This document shows, one piece after another, positions 34,765 to 49,700 of a stretch of DNA of 64,000 bases. Within the stretch, counting starts at the first letter, position 1. The number at the start of each line of letters is the position of its first letter. Origin of the DNA: Phoronis australis (Eukaryota > Animalia > Phoronida); contig NMRA01000077.1 in the NCBI GenBank assembly GCA_002633005.1, positions 951,045 to 1,015,044 on the forward strand, in the 5' to 3' direction. Below the pieces are notes generated by a model. It had not been told where the DNA came from, made no database searches, and saw only the letters and a list, made by a program, of their open reading frames with translations. Made by a program: the position numbers and the translations under genes.

Positions 34765-37700
34765 GTATGTAGAATTCTACATTAAGGATTTACTTGTTAG
34801 CTTATTGGTGAACTTTGACCTTTAAGTTGAAGTTGAGTTACACCTTTATATCTTTTTCTACAGATTTGTAATGCAAACCTGTCAGTTTGTTTTTTAAGTT
34901 TGAATATTTTTTCTATTGGTGTTCACTTCAGATATTCTTTATGTTTTTGCTGAAAATTGCATGCATTTGTGCAAATGAAGAAGTCTTTAGTTTTTGTCCT
35001 TGAGTATCATTTTACGTTTATATTTTGTAATAATTAGGCAAGTTATCTGAATACCTCAAATAAACATGGCCATTCACCACTATGTCACACTGCTCGTCAT
35101 ATATCGTTTTGCTAAAGGCGAAGGCAACCTTTTTTCATGTTAGTTATAGCAAAAATAAGGTTCGTTGATTATCCCAGATGTACTCCTTATTGTCTCACAG
35201 ACAGAGGAACAACTGTTCCACTTGCCCTAGTGTCCCGTGACACACTCCCACTGGATGGTGACCTGAGCACACAAACTGCTTACATCCCGCTGTGTGACTC
35301 CCTCGCCACACTCCTGGCACCTTCTAAATAGCTCCAGTACTTTAGACAATTCCATAATAAACTAAGTTATCAAAGTTTGGCTCACCGATCTGTTTACTGG
35401 ACGACAAACTGTCCTCTTCACTCGGTGTCTAACTGGGGCTGTATTCACTTCCACTACTCAACACCGCAGCAGGGCTGCTTACAGGCTTTGGGTGATAATA
35501 AGTACATCCCGGTATGCAGCAACAGTGTGGCATGTTGACTGACTCGTAAACAAAAGCAAACAACGAGTGAACTGATCACAACCGAGGTAGAATAATGACT
35601 GACTTGACAGCTCTCACAGTGGTACTTTATGAGAAGAAATTGGCGCAAAATTCTTGCCTCCCAAAATGTCCGGAGTAGAAGATGAATTATTTATTAAATT
35701 GCGAAAAGCTGAAATTAAATAAAAAATATGTCTGGGATAATCAATGAACCTTATTTTTGCTAAAACTAACATGAAAAAAGGTTGCCTTCCCCTTTAATAT
35801 AGTCATTTAAAATATTTTCAGAGAAAACTTTAAGTGAGCTAATCTTGCCTTATGAAGAGAGAGTGCAGGAACTGCATGAGTTCTTAACAGATGTCAAACC
35901 CTCTATTCAGTATCACATTGAAGTGCTGACAGATCCGTATGGAATATCTGTTGCTTTACCACAACTGGAGAGTATTGTAGTGTCTGAGGAATCATTAAAA
36001 GGTGGATACATGGTCAATGATAGACGGAAGGAAAAGGTAGGATAAAAGTTACAAAATGGTGTAGTTACAGCCTTAATAATCGGGGCTCTCATGCAGAGCT
36101 GTCTCACACATTTAATGTGCATGTTTCATTAGCTAATAGTACTGTACTGAGGGGGCTCTCCAAGCTGTTACAGGTATACAATGGCAAAGCAAATGTTAGT
36201 AATTCTACAGTTATTTTGAAAGTTCACTCGTGATTTATTGATATGAGAGATAGTGACTGCTTGTAATACGTTCTTACTTAAAATTGAAAATATTTTGAAA
36301 ATATATTTCCATAGGGTAGTTTAGCTGATGTGATGAATTATATCCAAAAGTGAGGCATATTGAAATAGAAGTACTACTTAACTGTTCTGAACGAGGCTAA
36401 TTTTGAACAAGGGTGGTCAAGCATATTACTACGTCGGCTTATTTTAAATCCCAACTTGAATTTCCTTGTTTCACATATCATCATAGTCTGGGAGTAAGGT
36501 AAAACTATGTTGTGACAGTCGCCTTTTCTAACATTAAGTACCACGAAAAGATTACTTCTAGGTAACCTTTAGTGTACAGCCTTCAATAAGATTGCTAGCC
36601 AACATCATATTTCAAGGTGACTGTTTTCAGCGTATTCCATCTCCAAGCAAAAGTTGTTTTCATACCAGTGGTAATCAAAATAACATTAACTGCATGACAA
36701 CATGGCCAGTGCTGTACTCTCAGTTGCACTAAAAATAGATTGTCTGTCACCATTACTACGGTTATGGTATGCAAGCTTAGCAACCAACCTTGAATAAGGT
36801 TTAAGCTTCAAAAGTGTGAATTACATTGGCCAACCCACTGATTAAGCTTGAATATGGTACCACACTAATCTTGCCAGTAAAGTTGATTCAATTTGGATGA
36901 ATTCAATGCTCTATGACCATTTTCCAAGGACTACAACCAAAACTATTTTTACATTATGTTTTGTCTAAGGCAATCACTTTCCAGTTAACATTCAGACTTA
37001 CATTTCCAGGGCTTTTCAGAGTTAGACATCTATGTAGTTAAACTGGTTGAAGATATGAATCGGTCTGCTGATGAGGAAAAGAAAATAAGCTCATCGTCTC
37101 AGCGAAGGCGGCTTTTAGGAACTCTACTTCACAAACCTGAGGTATTTTGCTTGTTGCAACTACAGTGATTGTATATGGAATAAGTATGATTATGATCCTT
37201 AAAGCCTTGTTTTGTATTGGATTTTTGTTCTTTTAGATGTTTTGAGCTATCCAGAGAGTGTAAACACTGTTTACAGCAATCATTTACAAACATTTTGAGA
37301 ACATCTTTTGATATGTTCTATTAGCAAAAAAGGAATGTCATTAATAACATGTTGTTACAAGGCAGGTAGGTTCTGTATCTAACCTTCTATACCACCAGAT
37401 AGGTGCTATATCTAACCTTCTATACCACCAGATAGGTACTGTATCTAACCTTCTATACCACCAGATAGGTGCTATATCTAACCTACTATACCACCAGATA
37501 GGTGCTGTATCTAACCTTCTATACCACCAGATAGGTAATGTATCTAACCTTCTATACCACCAGATAGGTGCTGTATCTAACCTTCTATACCACCAGATAG
37601 GTGCTGTATCTAACCTTCTATACCACCAGATAGGTGCTATATCTAACCTTCTATACCACCAGATAGGTGATGTATCTAACCTTCTATACCACCAGATAGG

Positions 37701-40700
37701 TGATGTATCTAACCTTCTATGCCACCAGATAGGTGATGTATCTAGCCTTCAATATCACCAGAAATTCTATAAAATCTGTATTTTGTCTTGTTTACCTGTC
37801 ATTGAATTCTTAATTGAAACACTTGAGGGTTTGGAAACATTTCCTCATTCATTCTATCTTGAATTATTGCTGAATTAACTGGCAACTCATGTTACAGGTA
37901 TTGTGTACATGCACTATTCTGGAATTCCTCCTATTTTCTGTGTCCTCTTTTATAAACCCACTTAATTTACTGTAAATGCATTGCATTATGCCTTCATCTC
38001 GATCAGTGTCTGCTGCTGTTTCTACGTGAAAGTTTGTATACATATACATATACATATACATAATTGGCAGTAATCTTTCTCGTATACATGTGTCATTGAA
38101 AACAGGACTTTGATCTGTTTTTACTAGTTTAATCTCAGTTCTTTCCAACTCTCTATTTGTGTTTGTGATGCCACTCCCACTCAGTGACCTACTATTTTAA
38201 TTACCACCCGACAAAAGACATTTATGTAGACAATACAAAAGTTTGTTGAACAGACTATCTAAGGCCAAGACCAGCTTGCTTTTCAATTAAACATTAGGGA
38301 CACATTGGCTAATTGCACAAAGGTTGTCATCATGCTGGGACGGGAATTCCGAGAACGCAGAGGAATAGTTATGAACACTGAGGTCTGTGCACTCATTGAA
38401 GAGAACAGCAAACCAACGGATGCCATTATCTTCACAGATGGGTCAGTCGTCAGGGGTGTCAAGTCAGGCTGGGGATTCACAGCACGCGTGAGAGGTCGAT
38501 GTGTTGCAGAGCAAAGTGGTGCATACTTGATGACAACTAGCAGGCAGCTACAGCAGCTCTCTGATGGCTCCGCACCACCAGCTACACAGGGGCAGTGATT
38601 GCTACGGACTCCCAGAGCATGTTAAGCAAAATCAAGAGTGACTTCATTAAACCAGAATGGAAGGAAGCAATAGAAGGAAGCAGGCTGAAACACCTGGTGT
38701 GGTTGTTTACCACTGGACATGCTGGAGTGATGGGAAATGAAAGAGCAGATGACCTGGAAAGAAAGGCAGAACTTTTGGAAGATGTCATATGGAGTGAGAA
38801 GGATGTTTTGATGGCACTGAAAGACTAGGAGATGGAGGCTCCCTCAGAAAGCACCACTCTGGAAAAACTTAACTGAGCTTCATGTTGTCAGAGGAAGCGA
38901 CATCCGAACCACCTTACGTGGAGAAAGTAGATACCGGATTAACCAGCAGAACATGGGAACCATCAGCAGTGTGACTCCTTCTTGGCTGCTACAGAGAAGG
39001 ACTGAGCACTTGTGTACCTGTCCAACATGCAGTGATGTCTGTCCCTGAGACAATGACAATGACAATGACAATTTCAATGAAACATGTATAAAAGAAGGTC
39101 TGCTACCAAAATACACAGATATACATACTTATATCAAAATGTATATGTTCTTGTTATAGATGAGATGGCATGAGCAAATTTTTGGACAGTTCCGACTACT
39201 GGTGGGTCTGTAGTTGCAATTTTAGTTTTTTTACATTTATCTCTGTCTTAACTTTGTAGTTCCTTGACAAACTTTCATGAAATTTAGCAAGTAGGTATCT
39301 ATTAAGAAGACAACAAGATGGATAGGTTTAATTTATTCCATGTTTTTACTGTTTCTGATTTTCTTTGGCCTCTGTATTGGCCAAACCACACCTAGGATGA
39401 TTACAAAAAATCGATGCTTGGAATGTGTTCCGACTGGGGAGAGGAGAACTGATGATTATTTATGGATGATTCTGACTGCTGTAGTTCCTTCTAGTGGCAA
39501 TTTTGTTTTTTGCATCCGCAGGTGTATCTCATGAACCCTTTCTAGGAACTTTATTAGATTTCAATTGGCAGGTGTATTTCTGTGAAAGTGACAGTGGATG
39601 GAATGACTTTTGGACGTTTCCAGCTGCCACTCAGTCCGTAGTGGCATTGTTACTTTTTTCGCTTTCCTCTGTATCTTAAAGGATACTAAACCCTGTTTTG
39701 ACGATTTCAGCCGATCTCTGTTCTGTCCCCTGCTAATGCATGATTGGCGTCAATCTTGAACTATAAAAGCAGGAGTCAACTAAAGATTTATACTCTATAC
39801 TTCACATTATGATTCTTGGTGGGTGGTAATTTGCTAAAAGTTTAGGTCATGGCTGCCCTTTTAGCAAACTTTGTCAGAAAAAAAAACATGACAAACTTCG
39901 AAAGGAGTTTTCAAATTTTCCTCCAAACTTTTGACGGGTTGTCGAGAATTATTATTATTTGTTTCAAGAAATTTGGTGGGAAAGTCATTTTTAACAACAC
40001 TATTAATAGGTCACAACTTGGTTTGGTATCTAATTAAGAGTTCCTTAATAAATTTTCAGGAAACATGGCAAATAGGTTTCTATAGATATAATAATGCCTT
40101 CCCATTTTTTACGAGTTCGAAATTTGATATGCCACCTAGTGACTGTTTTTATTATTTTTTAGTTTGGTTTTTTGGGTTCCTACTGGGAAGTGCATAGCTG
40201 ACCGTGATTCTTCAACGGGTTCAACTGATGTTGTGCCCTCTTTTGGCAATTTTGTTTTTTACGTGTGGTCAATACTAGTTCCTTGATGGATCTTCATGAA
40301 ATTTGGCATGGATTTTGAGAAAAATCTCACCACTACTACGAAGTCGTCTATTGGCAATTTTTGTATTCCTTTGCATTGACGGATGTTCATAAAATTTTGC
40401 AAGTAGCGGTAAGTCACAATCAACAACCCAGTTTAAGATGGATTTGACTTACGCTGCCTCCCTATCTAAACCTCCTGAAGAATCATGATGAAAGGTCGTA
40501 GGTGTGTTCCTATAGAAAATAGCATTGCTGACTTGCTTTGCACCCCCTACTAGCATTGCTCCCTTTGGTAGGAAAATGTAACAGTTTAAAATCACGATAA
40601 TTCCCTTGTAGCTGCACTGTATGCGATGCACAGGGTGGATGCATATCAACACCGTCCATTGCTCTCTAATAGTTTGCACTCATCAATCACGTTTCTAATA

Positions 40701-43700
40701 ATTTCACACAAACTGATAGAAAATTACTGTATGTGTCCTGTGTTACAGAATAGGCATATGATGTCCTTAGGCAAAGAGCATCTACCCTACCTTATTGGTT
40801 TGACTGGTGGTATAGCCAGTGGGAAGACATCTATTTGTCAACGATTGAAAGGACTTGGGGCCAGTATCATTGATGCTGACATATTGGGTAATACTGATTT
40901 TACATTATTTGAAACTAAATGAATACAAGTCATTAAAATTACATGGCATTGCGAAATAAGATGTGACGGAATTTGGCATAGTTTACTCATCTGTTTGTGC
41001 TTAACAGCTATATCTAGTAAAAATCTCACTAATTTAAGACGCAATGTCGTCCGGCATCCTCAGCTGTATCTCCTTAACCCGTCATACGACCTTGATGAGA
41101 TTTGGCAGTTGTGTTCCTATGAAACTGACGACGGATGGTGACAACTTTTGAACGGATCCGACTACCAGTGTGCCCCCTAGTGGCAATTTTAGTTTTTTTT
41201 TTACATTTCTGTATTTTCAAAGGTTTCTCAACGGATTTCCATGGAATTTGGTACATAGGCATCCATCAGTGAGATGACAGTATCCTCTCGTTTTCAGATG
41301 GATTCGAGGTATTTTGCACCACCTAGTGGCCATTTTTACTATTTTCAAGTCTGTTTTTGGTGTCCACCCCTCTATCAACTAAACCACTCTAAGGATGATT
41401 ATAAAAATTGGCGTATATGTTCTTAGTGTAAAGAAGATGCTTGATGATGATTTTCCGACAACTTTGACTACTGTGGCACCTCCTAGTGGCAATTTTTTTT
41501 TGCGCCCAAGCTGTATTTTCTAAACCCACTGCAGGATCTTTATTGAATTTAGCAAGTGTATTAAATATGAAGTTGAGAACAGACAACGACTTTCTGATGG
41601 TTTCGACGAATGCTGTGAACAGGGACAATGGAGGTTGTAACTAGTTTACAATTTGGAACAACCAGATCACCACACCACCTAGTGTACAATGACTTCTGAA
41701 GATGGCTGCTGATAGAAGCCGAAACTGTCAAAGTATCATGCTCTTCCTGGTTATGAAATACTACTAATCTATGAAACTATTTAGTGAGGATCTTTATTAA
41801 ATTTGCCGAGTGTATTTACATGAAGTTGGTAACAGACAACGACGACATTTGGATGGAACCGACTACCTCTATGCCCCCTAGTGTCAATTTTTTCATTTTC
41901 CTCAGAGTCTGTAACTCATGCGAGCGATCATCAATTAGAGTCAGCTGTCTGTGCTGGCACTAGCAAGTTAAGGTTATGTCAAACTTTATCAACGGTTCTG
42001 TATATTTAGCCGAATATCTACCAATCTATAAAATTTAAATGTGTATTAAAGTACATATTTTCTATAAGCAGAAAATCAGTAGAATTTAATTTCAGAATTT
42101 GTATCACTTTGCCGTAAATTGGAACGTGTGACCATGAATTTTTAGTAAAATTTAGCAAAAAATGTACATTTACAGGGCACAAAGCGTATCTAAAAGGAAC
42201 AAGTGCATTCCAGAAAGTTGTGGAAACTTTTGGCCAAGACATCGTCAATGACATTACTGGGGAGATTGACAGGAAAAAGCTTGGTGCACAAGTGTTTGAT
42301 GATAAGGTGCTATATGATTGAAAACCATGAATGGACTGATGCTATGTTGTATTGAACTAAGATCCATTCCTATATTGCATTTAAGTTTTGAGAAAGTGCT
42401 CAATTTCCTGTTCACGGTAAGCCTAAAAGCTGCTTGGGCTAGCTCATTTACCCTAGACAGTGGAAATTCTTGAGCAAATCAGGAGACTTGAGGTGATTTC
42501 ACGCCAAACCTCATGGTGTGTAGGTAAGAGTTATCTAACAAATTAAGACATTTGCTTTCTCGGTTTTTACTCTCTTGATAGACCAGCATACTCAAATCAG
42601 TGATAACAGCATGTCCAGTTTATAGTCCTTGAAGTCCCTAAGGTTGCGTTGTGGCCATTTTGCATTACAGCAAGTGAGCTAGAAAACTTGTATGCAGAGT
42701 AGATTATCAAAATGGATGATATTGAAGTGATTTGATGATTGTTCCTGAAGGCTTGGGAAGAACAGACTGTTCATTTTTTTTTCTTCAGACCAAGCTCCCT
42801 TCTTCAGACCAAGCTTCTTTCTTCAGGCCAAGCTCCCAAAATTTTAGCTTATTCTGAAGAAATGAACTCTCTGTTCTTGTCATCCCCTAAAACCACCTCC
42901 AATTTGAGACCAATTTTTGATGGGAAGCAGTCCAAGTCATTTTTTTTACAGGAAGCACTGGTTTATCGCATGTTATATCCATTCATTTCCATTTAGGAAA
43001 AACTGAATACATTGAATAAAATTGTCTGGCCAGCAATTGCCGATCTAGTTGAAGTTGAAGTAAATCGACTATCACTAGAGGGCACTAGAGTGGTTGTGTT
43101 GGATGCTGCTGTGTTACTGGAAGCTGGCTGGGATAGCTTGGTTCATGAAGTCTGGTGTACCGTCATACCAAAACAGGAGGTGACTATTTTAAAACAAATT
43201 TTCGTAATTCACCAATTCTTGAGTTATTTTGTACAAAGCAATTGCCAAATTTGTTGCTTCAATTTTTGGGTCATTAAGTCTGAGCATGTGGTCATTATCA
43301 TATTATGATACAATATCATTTAGAATGTAATATGCCATAAAAATGAAATTTTGTTTTCACTCTCTCATAAGTGCAATACAAGCCAACATAATCATACATG
43401 TCTTGATGGGTCATTCTAGCTACCCTGATGGTGAATTCCAGTTGCGCTCAACCGTCATGACACAAAATTCTGGTTCATTTTGTCCAACTATTTTTGGCAT
43501 GTACTGAAGCGTCTAGGTTTGAAAAATGAAAAAATAGTAGTTCTGGCAATTTGACTGGACTTGCGTAAATTTCTTTCCAAAGAGATGTTGTGGATCGGGA
43601 ATTGGGGCTGTTGCTGTCTCCAAGTAGGAGTCTGAGGTCTGTGCAATGGCACCAAATTAAAAATAAAACATTTAGGAGAGTTCCTAGTGGCGGATTTAAG

Positions 43701-46700
43701 AGAGGGGCCAAGAGGACCATGGCCCCCCTAAAATTATTCCAGATTCCATTTGGCAGTTCCGGAGTGCAAATTTCTGACAGGCAAAATCCTGGCTAATATT
43801 CTGCCCCCCCACTTAAAATCCTGGATCCGCTCCTGGTTCCAGCAGTGATTGGTCAATATCTTTTCGCGTCAAGTAATCCTCTACTTATTTTAGGCTGTAG
43901 CTCGTCTCAAAGAACGTAACAATCTGAGTGAAGAAGAGGCTTTGAAGAGAATCAACAGTCAAGTTAGTAATGAAGCCAGAGTAGAAAAGTCACATGTTGT
44001 GTTGTGTACATTATGGGAAAGAGACGCGACTCAGAGGCAGGTAGGTCAAAGGTTAATGTCGTCAGACACCTCATGCGGCCATACACTAATGAAATTAACA
44101 TTCCTTGTTNATCCTGTTATGACCCCCTTTGTTATTTGTAGCAATTTTTATGATCAAAATATTAAAATCATGTAGGATAACCAGGTCAAGTCAAAATCAA
44201 ACTCTACAAACAAAGAGGTTAAATCAAATATGGTAATCTCTCCAGATTACGACCATGAAAATTAATTATAATTTTCAACTGGTTGTAACTTAGAAATACC
44301 AGGTGTGTGATCTTGTGGTGTTTGTATATTGAAGAATGTTGGGCAGGGTACTCCGGGCTTGTGTTCGTATTTCAAGAGAGGTAAAAAATTACCATAAAAA
44401 CACATGCTGACGACAACAAATCAGAGCTTACAAGTATATGGCTCATCTAAGAGTCGAGCATACAATTACCGAGACTCATGAAAGTTAAATGGCGATGGCC
44501 CTTAATCATGAAAATTTAACAACTCCTCGGTGACGTGCGCGTGGCCATTTAGCTGAAGACATGCAGACCTGGAACTGTTACCGGGGCACTCTACTTCTGA
44601 GTTTAGATGAACAGTGAATTGTGTAGGGAACCCGCGAATGGTTAACGACCCGCCATTCACCACGCTCCGCGACACTCCAGTGGATGCCGCACGCTCTTTC
44701 AGCGACATGCTTTCTAATAATTAGGTAGCGACTTTTGTGGGAGCAGACTGCATTAAATACATGTCTGAAATGTAAATTTTACAAAATAATGCTATTCATT
44801 ATATTAACAAAAGCAACGTGGAGGGTTGAAATGCGCCCACCAATGCACCAAGTAATTTACCATATTGCCGTGCCTTTAGGCCCATGGGCCTATATCCGAA
44901 ATAATGCTATTTTTTGTGGCTTTTTTGCACCCAAGTGCTTCGCTTATTCGCGGATGTGCCCAAGTTTCGCATGTGAGCGCATTTCCGCACGTATGCACGT
45001 ATTTGTTGAATGTGTAATGGCTGCAGATGCGGAATTCTTAAAGGAGAATGCCACCCAAAAAACAACCCATTTTGTATCAATTTAGATAGAGTAGTTCTAC
45101 TCGATAACGGCACGTTCGGTTGCGTTACCCGACACCTGACGGCAGACGGAGGTGTTGAAATTATCCAATGACGTAATTGGTTTCACACACAGTCTGTTCA
45201 GCAGTTCACAATATGGGTTACTGGTGTCAGATTATCGCTTGAATTCATCAATAAACAATCAAACTTCAATATAAAACCCTTAAAAATATACCGAGTTCTT
45301 ATAAAAACATGTTGTTTAATATTTGGCTGTTACGGATTCGTTGGTATTTGGACACACTGTAGACTACTAAGTTCGGCAGGCCAAGGTCCATAGCAGGGCT
45401 TTATCCAGGATTTCAAAAATAGGGTGTCCAAAATGGGGTTCCTAATATTCCAGGGCGTCCATGATTCCGACACGTAACCCCCCAACCCCAGCAATACCCC
45501 CACACAGATTTTTTATACGCAAAAATGCATTTTTTAAAATTTATCTCTGTATCTTCAAAGGTCCTCAACATATTTTCATAAAATTTTGCATACAGGCATC
45601 TGTTAATGAGGTGATGCTATCGTTCTGTTTTCAGATGATTTCGACCTAGTTTGCGCCACCTAGTGGCCATTTTTACTGTTTTCGAGTCTGTTTTTTGGCG
45701 CCCACTCATCTATCAACCAAACCGTTTTCAGGATAATTAATGTGAAAATTGGCATGTATGTTTTTACTATGAAGTGGACGAATGACGATTTTTTGACAAC
45801 TTTGTTTACTTGTGCGCCTCCTAGTGGTAGTTTTGTTTTTTTTTGCGCTCATGGCTGTATCTCCTAAAGTGTTTACAGGATCTTTATTTAATTTAGCAGG
45901 TGTATTTATATGATAATGACTACGGACAGCGACGACTTTCGGACAGATCTGATTACTGATGTGCCCCCTAGTGGCAATTTTAGTTTTAATGTTTAACTCT
46001 GTATCTTCAAAGGTCCTCAACAGATTTTCATAAAATCTTGAATATAGGCATCTATTGGGGAGATGACGCTATCATCCTGTTTTTGGATGGAATTGAGGTA
46101 CTTTGCGCCACCTAGTGACCATTTTTACTGTTTTCAAATCTTGTTTTTGGCATCCACCCCTCGGTCATATATGTTTTCAGTGTGAAGAGGACATTTGATG
46201 ATGGTGACTGACTACTGGGGCGCCTCCTAGTGGTAGTTTTGTTTTGTTTTTCGCCCATAGCTGTATATCCAAAACCCACTGCAGGATCCTTATTAAATTT
46301 AGTAAGTGAATTTATATGAAGATAGCAGACGACGACTTTCAGGCGGATTGAACGGACAATGTGCCCGCAAGTGGCAACTTCATTTTGTTCTGTTTTCCTT
46401 TATTTCTCTGAAGTTCCTTGACAGATTTTTATGAAATGTGGCATGTTCCCGTTTTTGGATGGATTGTACATTTTTGCGCCGGCTAGTGGCCATTTATGAT
46501 ACAAATAAATAACCCTAAAAGCACACCATTTGCGATGCATTGGTGGGTGCATTTCAACGCTCTGCGTTGCTCTTGTATGTTGCAGTTACAGTACGGGGTG
46601 CTGTCAATACGAAATAAAAAAAATTGCATTATACAAGCTTTAGTTTTAAGATAAAAAACACGCAATAAAACTAAACTAGTGAATTCTTCGCCTGCTGCGT

Positions 46701-49700
46701 TCAAGTAAAATTTGAGTATGCTTTACAGAGAAATGCTCTCGTTTCCATTGGAATATCGTGTACAAAATAAATTTCCTTCTCACTATAAGTGCAAAGACAG
46801 ACGAACAGTTGTTTGAAGGCATGTCGTACCAAACTTGACGACTGATCAAATGAAAAGCTAATAATTAAATCATGCACTAAGTGTGTGTGGTAAGACACTG
46901 CTTCCACTCCTTATTTTGGGTGTGCAACGACGTTCGAGTCATTCTAGTCAAGGACCAATATCACCTGAACTCTTGTGTCAGGCTCATGTATTTGAATGGG
47001 GTGTGTGCACATTTGCTAAATAAGGCACTCATATGTTGGCAATCAAATCCATGCAGGTCAGTAGGACACTCAAGCCCGGTGAATGTTCTCCCCTCCACCG
47101 GGTCAGCTTGCAACTTAGGCGTCACAGCTAGTCTCTGTGTTCGTATAACAAAAAAAACATTTAACGCCATATCAAAGATTTATATTTTTGGTTAGACCCA
47201 CTTGGCTGCAAATAGTCAATGATTTCCAATTTGAAAGAAGGCTGGTGTAGTCCCAGTGACAACCAGTCGAATAAGTTGGAATTAGTCACAGCGACTTGAT
47301 TGACTGGTAGAAACCACACACATGATTGATCTTTTAACACAACATCTCGTGGGCAAGTGAACAACTTTAATCTCTAAGCCAGAGAGTGAAAATATGTTAC
47401 CGCATTGTTACAAAAACAAACTACGGTGAACCTTGAATGCACAGAGTTTCCAGAAGCACACATAATACTGGTCAAGGGGATGCGTTCAGTTCGTACCCTG
47501 ATATACAGGGAGGTTAACATTTTTTGTTTTTCGTCATGTTGTCAGTGCCAATCAAATAAGTCTTTGTCTCGCATGTCACTTTCCCAATCAGCAAAAGCAT
47601 TACCTTATGTACGTAACATATTTATGCGACATGGCAGATACGCGCTCAATGACATTGTCGGTTATCGCAAATGTTGCACGCTGTTGAGATCGCCGCCAAC
47701 ATACGCCTTTCAACAAAGGAACAAATGTTGCACACTGTTGAGATTGCCAACATACGCCTTTCAACAAAGGAACAAATGCCCCGTTAGCGTTACATTTTAG
47801 TGTTGCTGTGTGTAAGGGAAGAAATATAATCTTCCGCGAGTTGATTACCGTTGGTATTATAGAAAGGGCTCGGAGTGCCAGTCTTCACTGGTGGTACTTT
47901 CTAGAGGGGAAAAAATGAAAATGGTGAATAATTTTTGGTGGTCGTAGAGTTTGAGTGGACGAAATCTAAAGAGATTACCGTATATAGAGATGAATTAGCA
48001 TGCCAATGATACTCTTCTTACCTCAAAATACAGCTTCTGCCTTTGGTAATTCGCCCAATTATGTTTGAGACCCAGGAGATTTAATGAGACGCATAATATG
48101 GAACATTGTTCAAACGTTTTAAATTGTAACACATGCGCACACCCAGCCTGAAATATAGGGGGGCTCAAATTTTTGAGAATGTGGATCTTTTACTGAAAAA
48201 CAGCAACGGGGACTAACAAAAAAATGGGGACTACAAACTTAAGGGTAATGCATTCAGAGCTATGAATTGTGCATTTGTGCCGAATTCCTGCCTTTTTAGT
48301 GGGGTTTTGTCTAGTTTTCTTTAATGTTTTATTTCTCTTGAGGCCTACTTTTTTGTCCACTTCGCCAAATGGGAGGCTCGTTCGAGCCCCCTCCTGGGTG
48401 CTCACATCGAACAGTCACATTTCTTGTCCGATTTTCAAAATTCAAAAACCTAATCACATGTAGTTTTCACAAACTATTCAAATGTGCTATTTGGAAACTT
48501 CCAAACAGAAAATTTGAAAATGCTATTGTCACCCACAGTGTGTTAATGATGGGTCTGATTATCAAGAGGATAACATGAGCAGCTGAAGGCAATGTCTTTA
48601 ACTTCAGTAGCGTGGCGTTTTCATCAATGCGGCAGATTTTGAGGTGTGCAAACTGGTTGAACTGACCAATCTTGACTGGTGAGGCTGTCGACTTAGGATT
48701 CTTTTCATGGGCTCGAAGTTATTGATTAAAGCCTAACTTCAACGGAATTATGTTGTTTTAGATGTATTGGGCTAACCAGATAGTCCTGGCAAAGCCTTAG
48801 TAGGATAAATGCGAGTTCAATCACGCAAATGAAAGCCCGTCAAATGATAGGTGAAGCTGCCATGTTGCATCACCGCGAGATCCCAGCACAAACCACCAAA
48901 GGTCGATAACAGTTGTATTGAACAGGAGTCTGAATAGAATGCCATTGGGTGTGGGTGTTATTTGCAGCTGTTAGAATTAAAAGGTGATTTTCGCAGTGAT
49001 GTAGACAAAAGCTAGCCAATAAGCCCAACAGTTCGTTTTATTTGGCAATTTATGGCCTTGGTGGTCTCAGAGTGATGCTCTTAACATACTGGAGGAACCA
49101 AATTTACAAGACAGTGGTACTGTTCGAGATAGGCTTTAATGAACTCCATTTGGTCTAAAGTATAAGGCTGTCCTCATAACCACATTCTGCCTTCATACCT
49201 CTTGATCAGCATATGTTGGTCCTTGAAATAATTTAATTTCTACTTTTCATTGATGGATGCACACTGTTTGCTACCAAAATAATGGTTTCATTTTAAAATG
49301 TTTCTTCAAATTGCAAATAAAGTGTTTCAAGTAGGGCACACTTTTTTAAATCATGATATTCCTAAAAATGACTACCGGATATGTTATGGTGGTATGTCTT
49401 GGCATAATTATACTGTAGCTTTGTGGGTAGCGAACTCGATTTGAAAAGATGAAAACTTAACGAAATTAAAATTTCTCAAGTTTTCATTCTAGACAAAAAA
49501 ATCATACAACTGCAAATATCCAAGCACCGTTTTTGTAAGTAATATGGCTCTCTGTGACCACTTAGGATTTGGAAAATGTTCGAGTTCATGGATTGGCACT
49601 TAAGACCCTTAAAAAGATACATAGTGAATTTGATTCAAAATAATCCTCAAAAATCATTATTTTGTCTTTACAGGTAGAAAAAGCATGGAATCTTTTGAAT

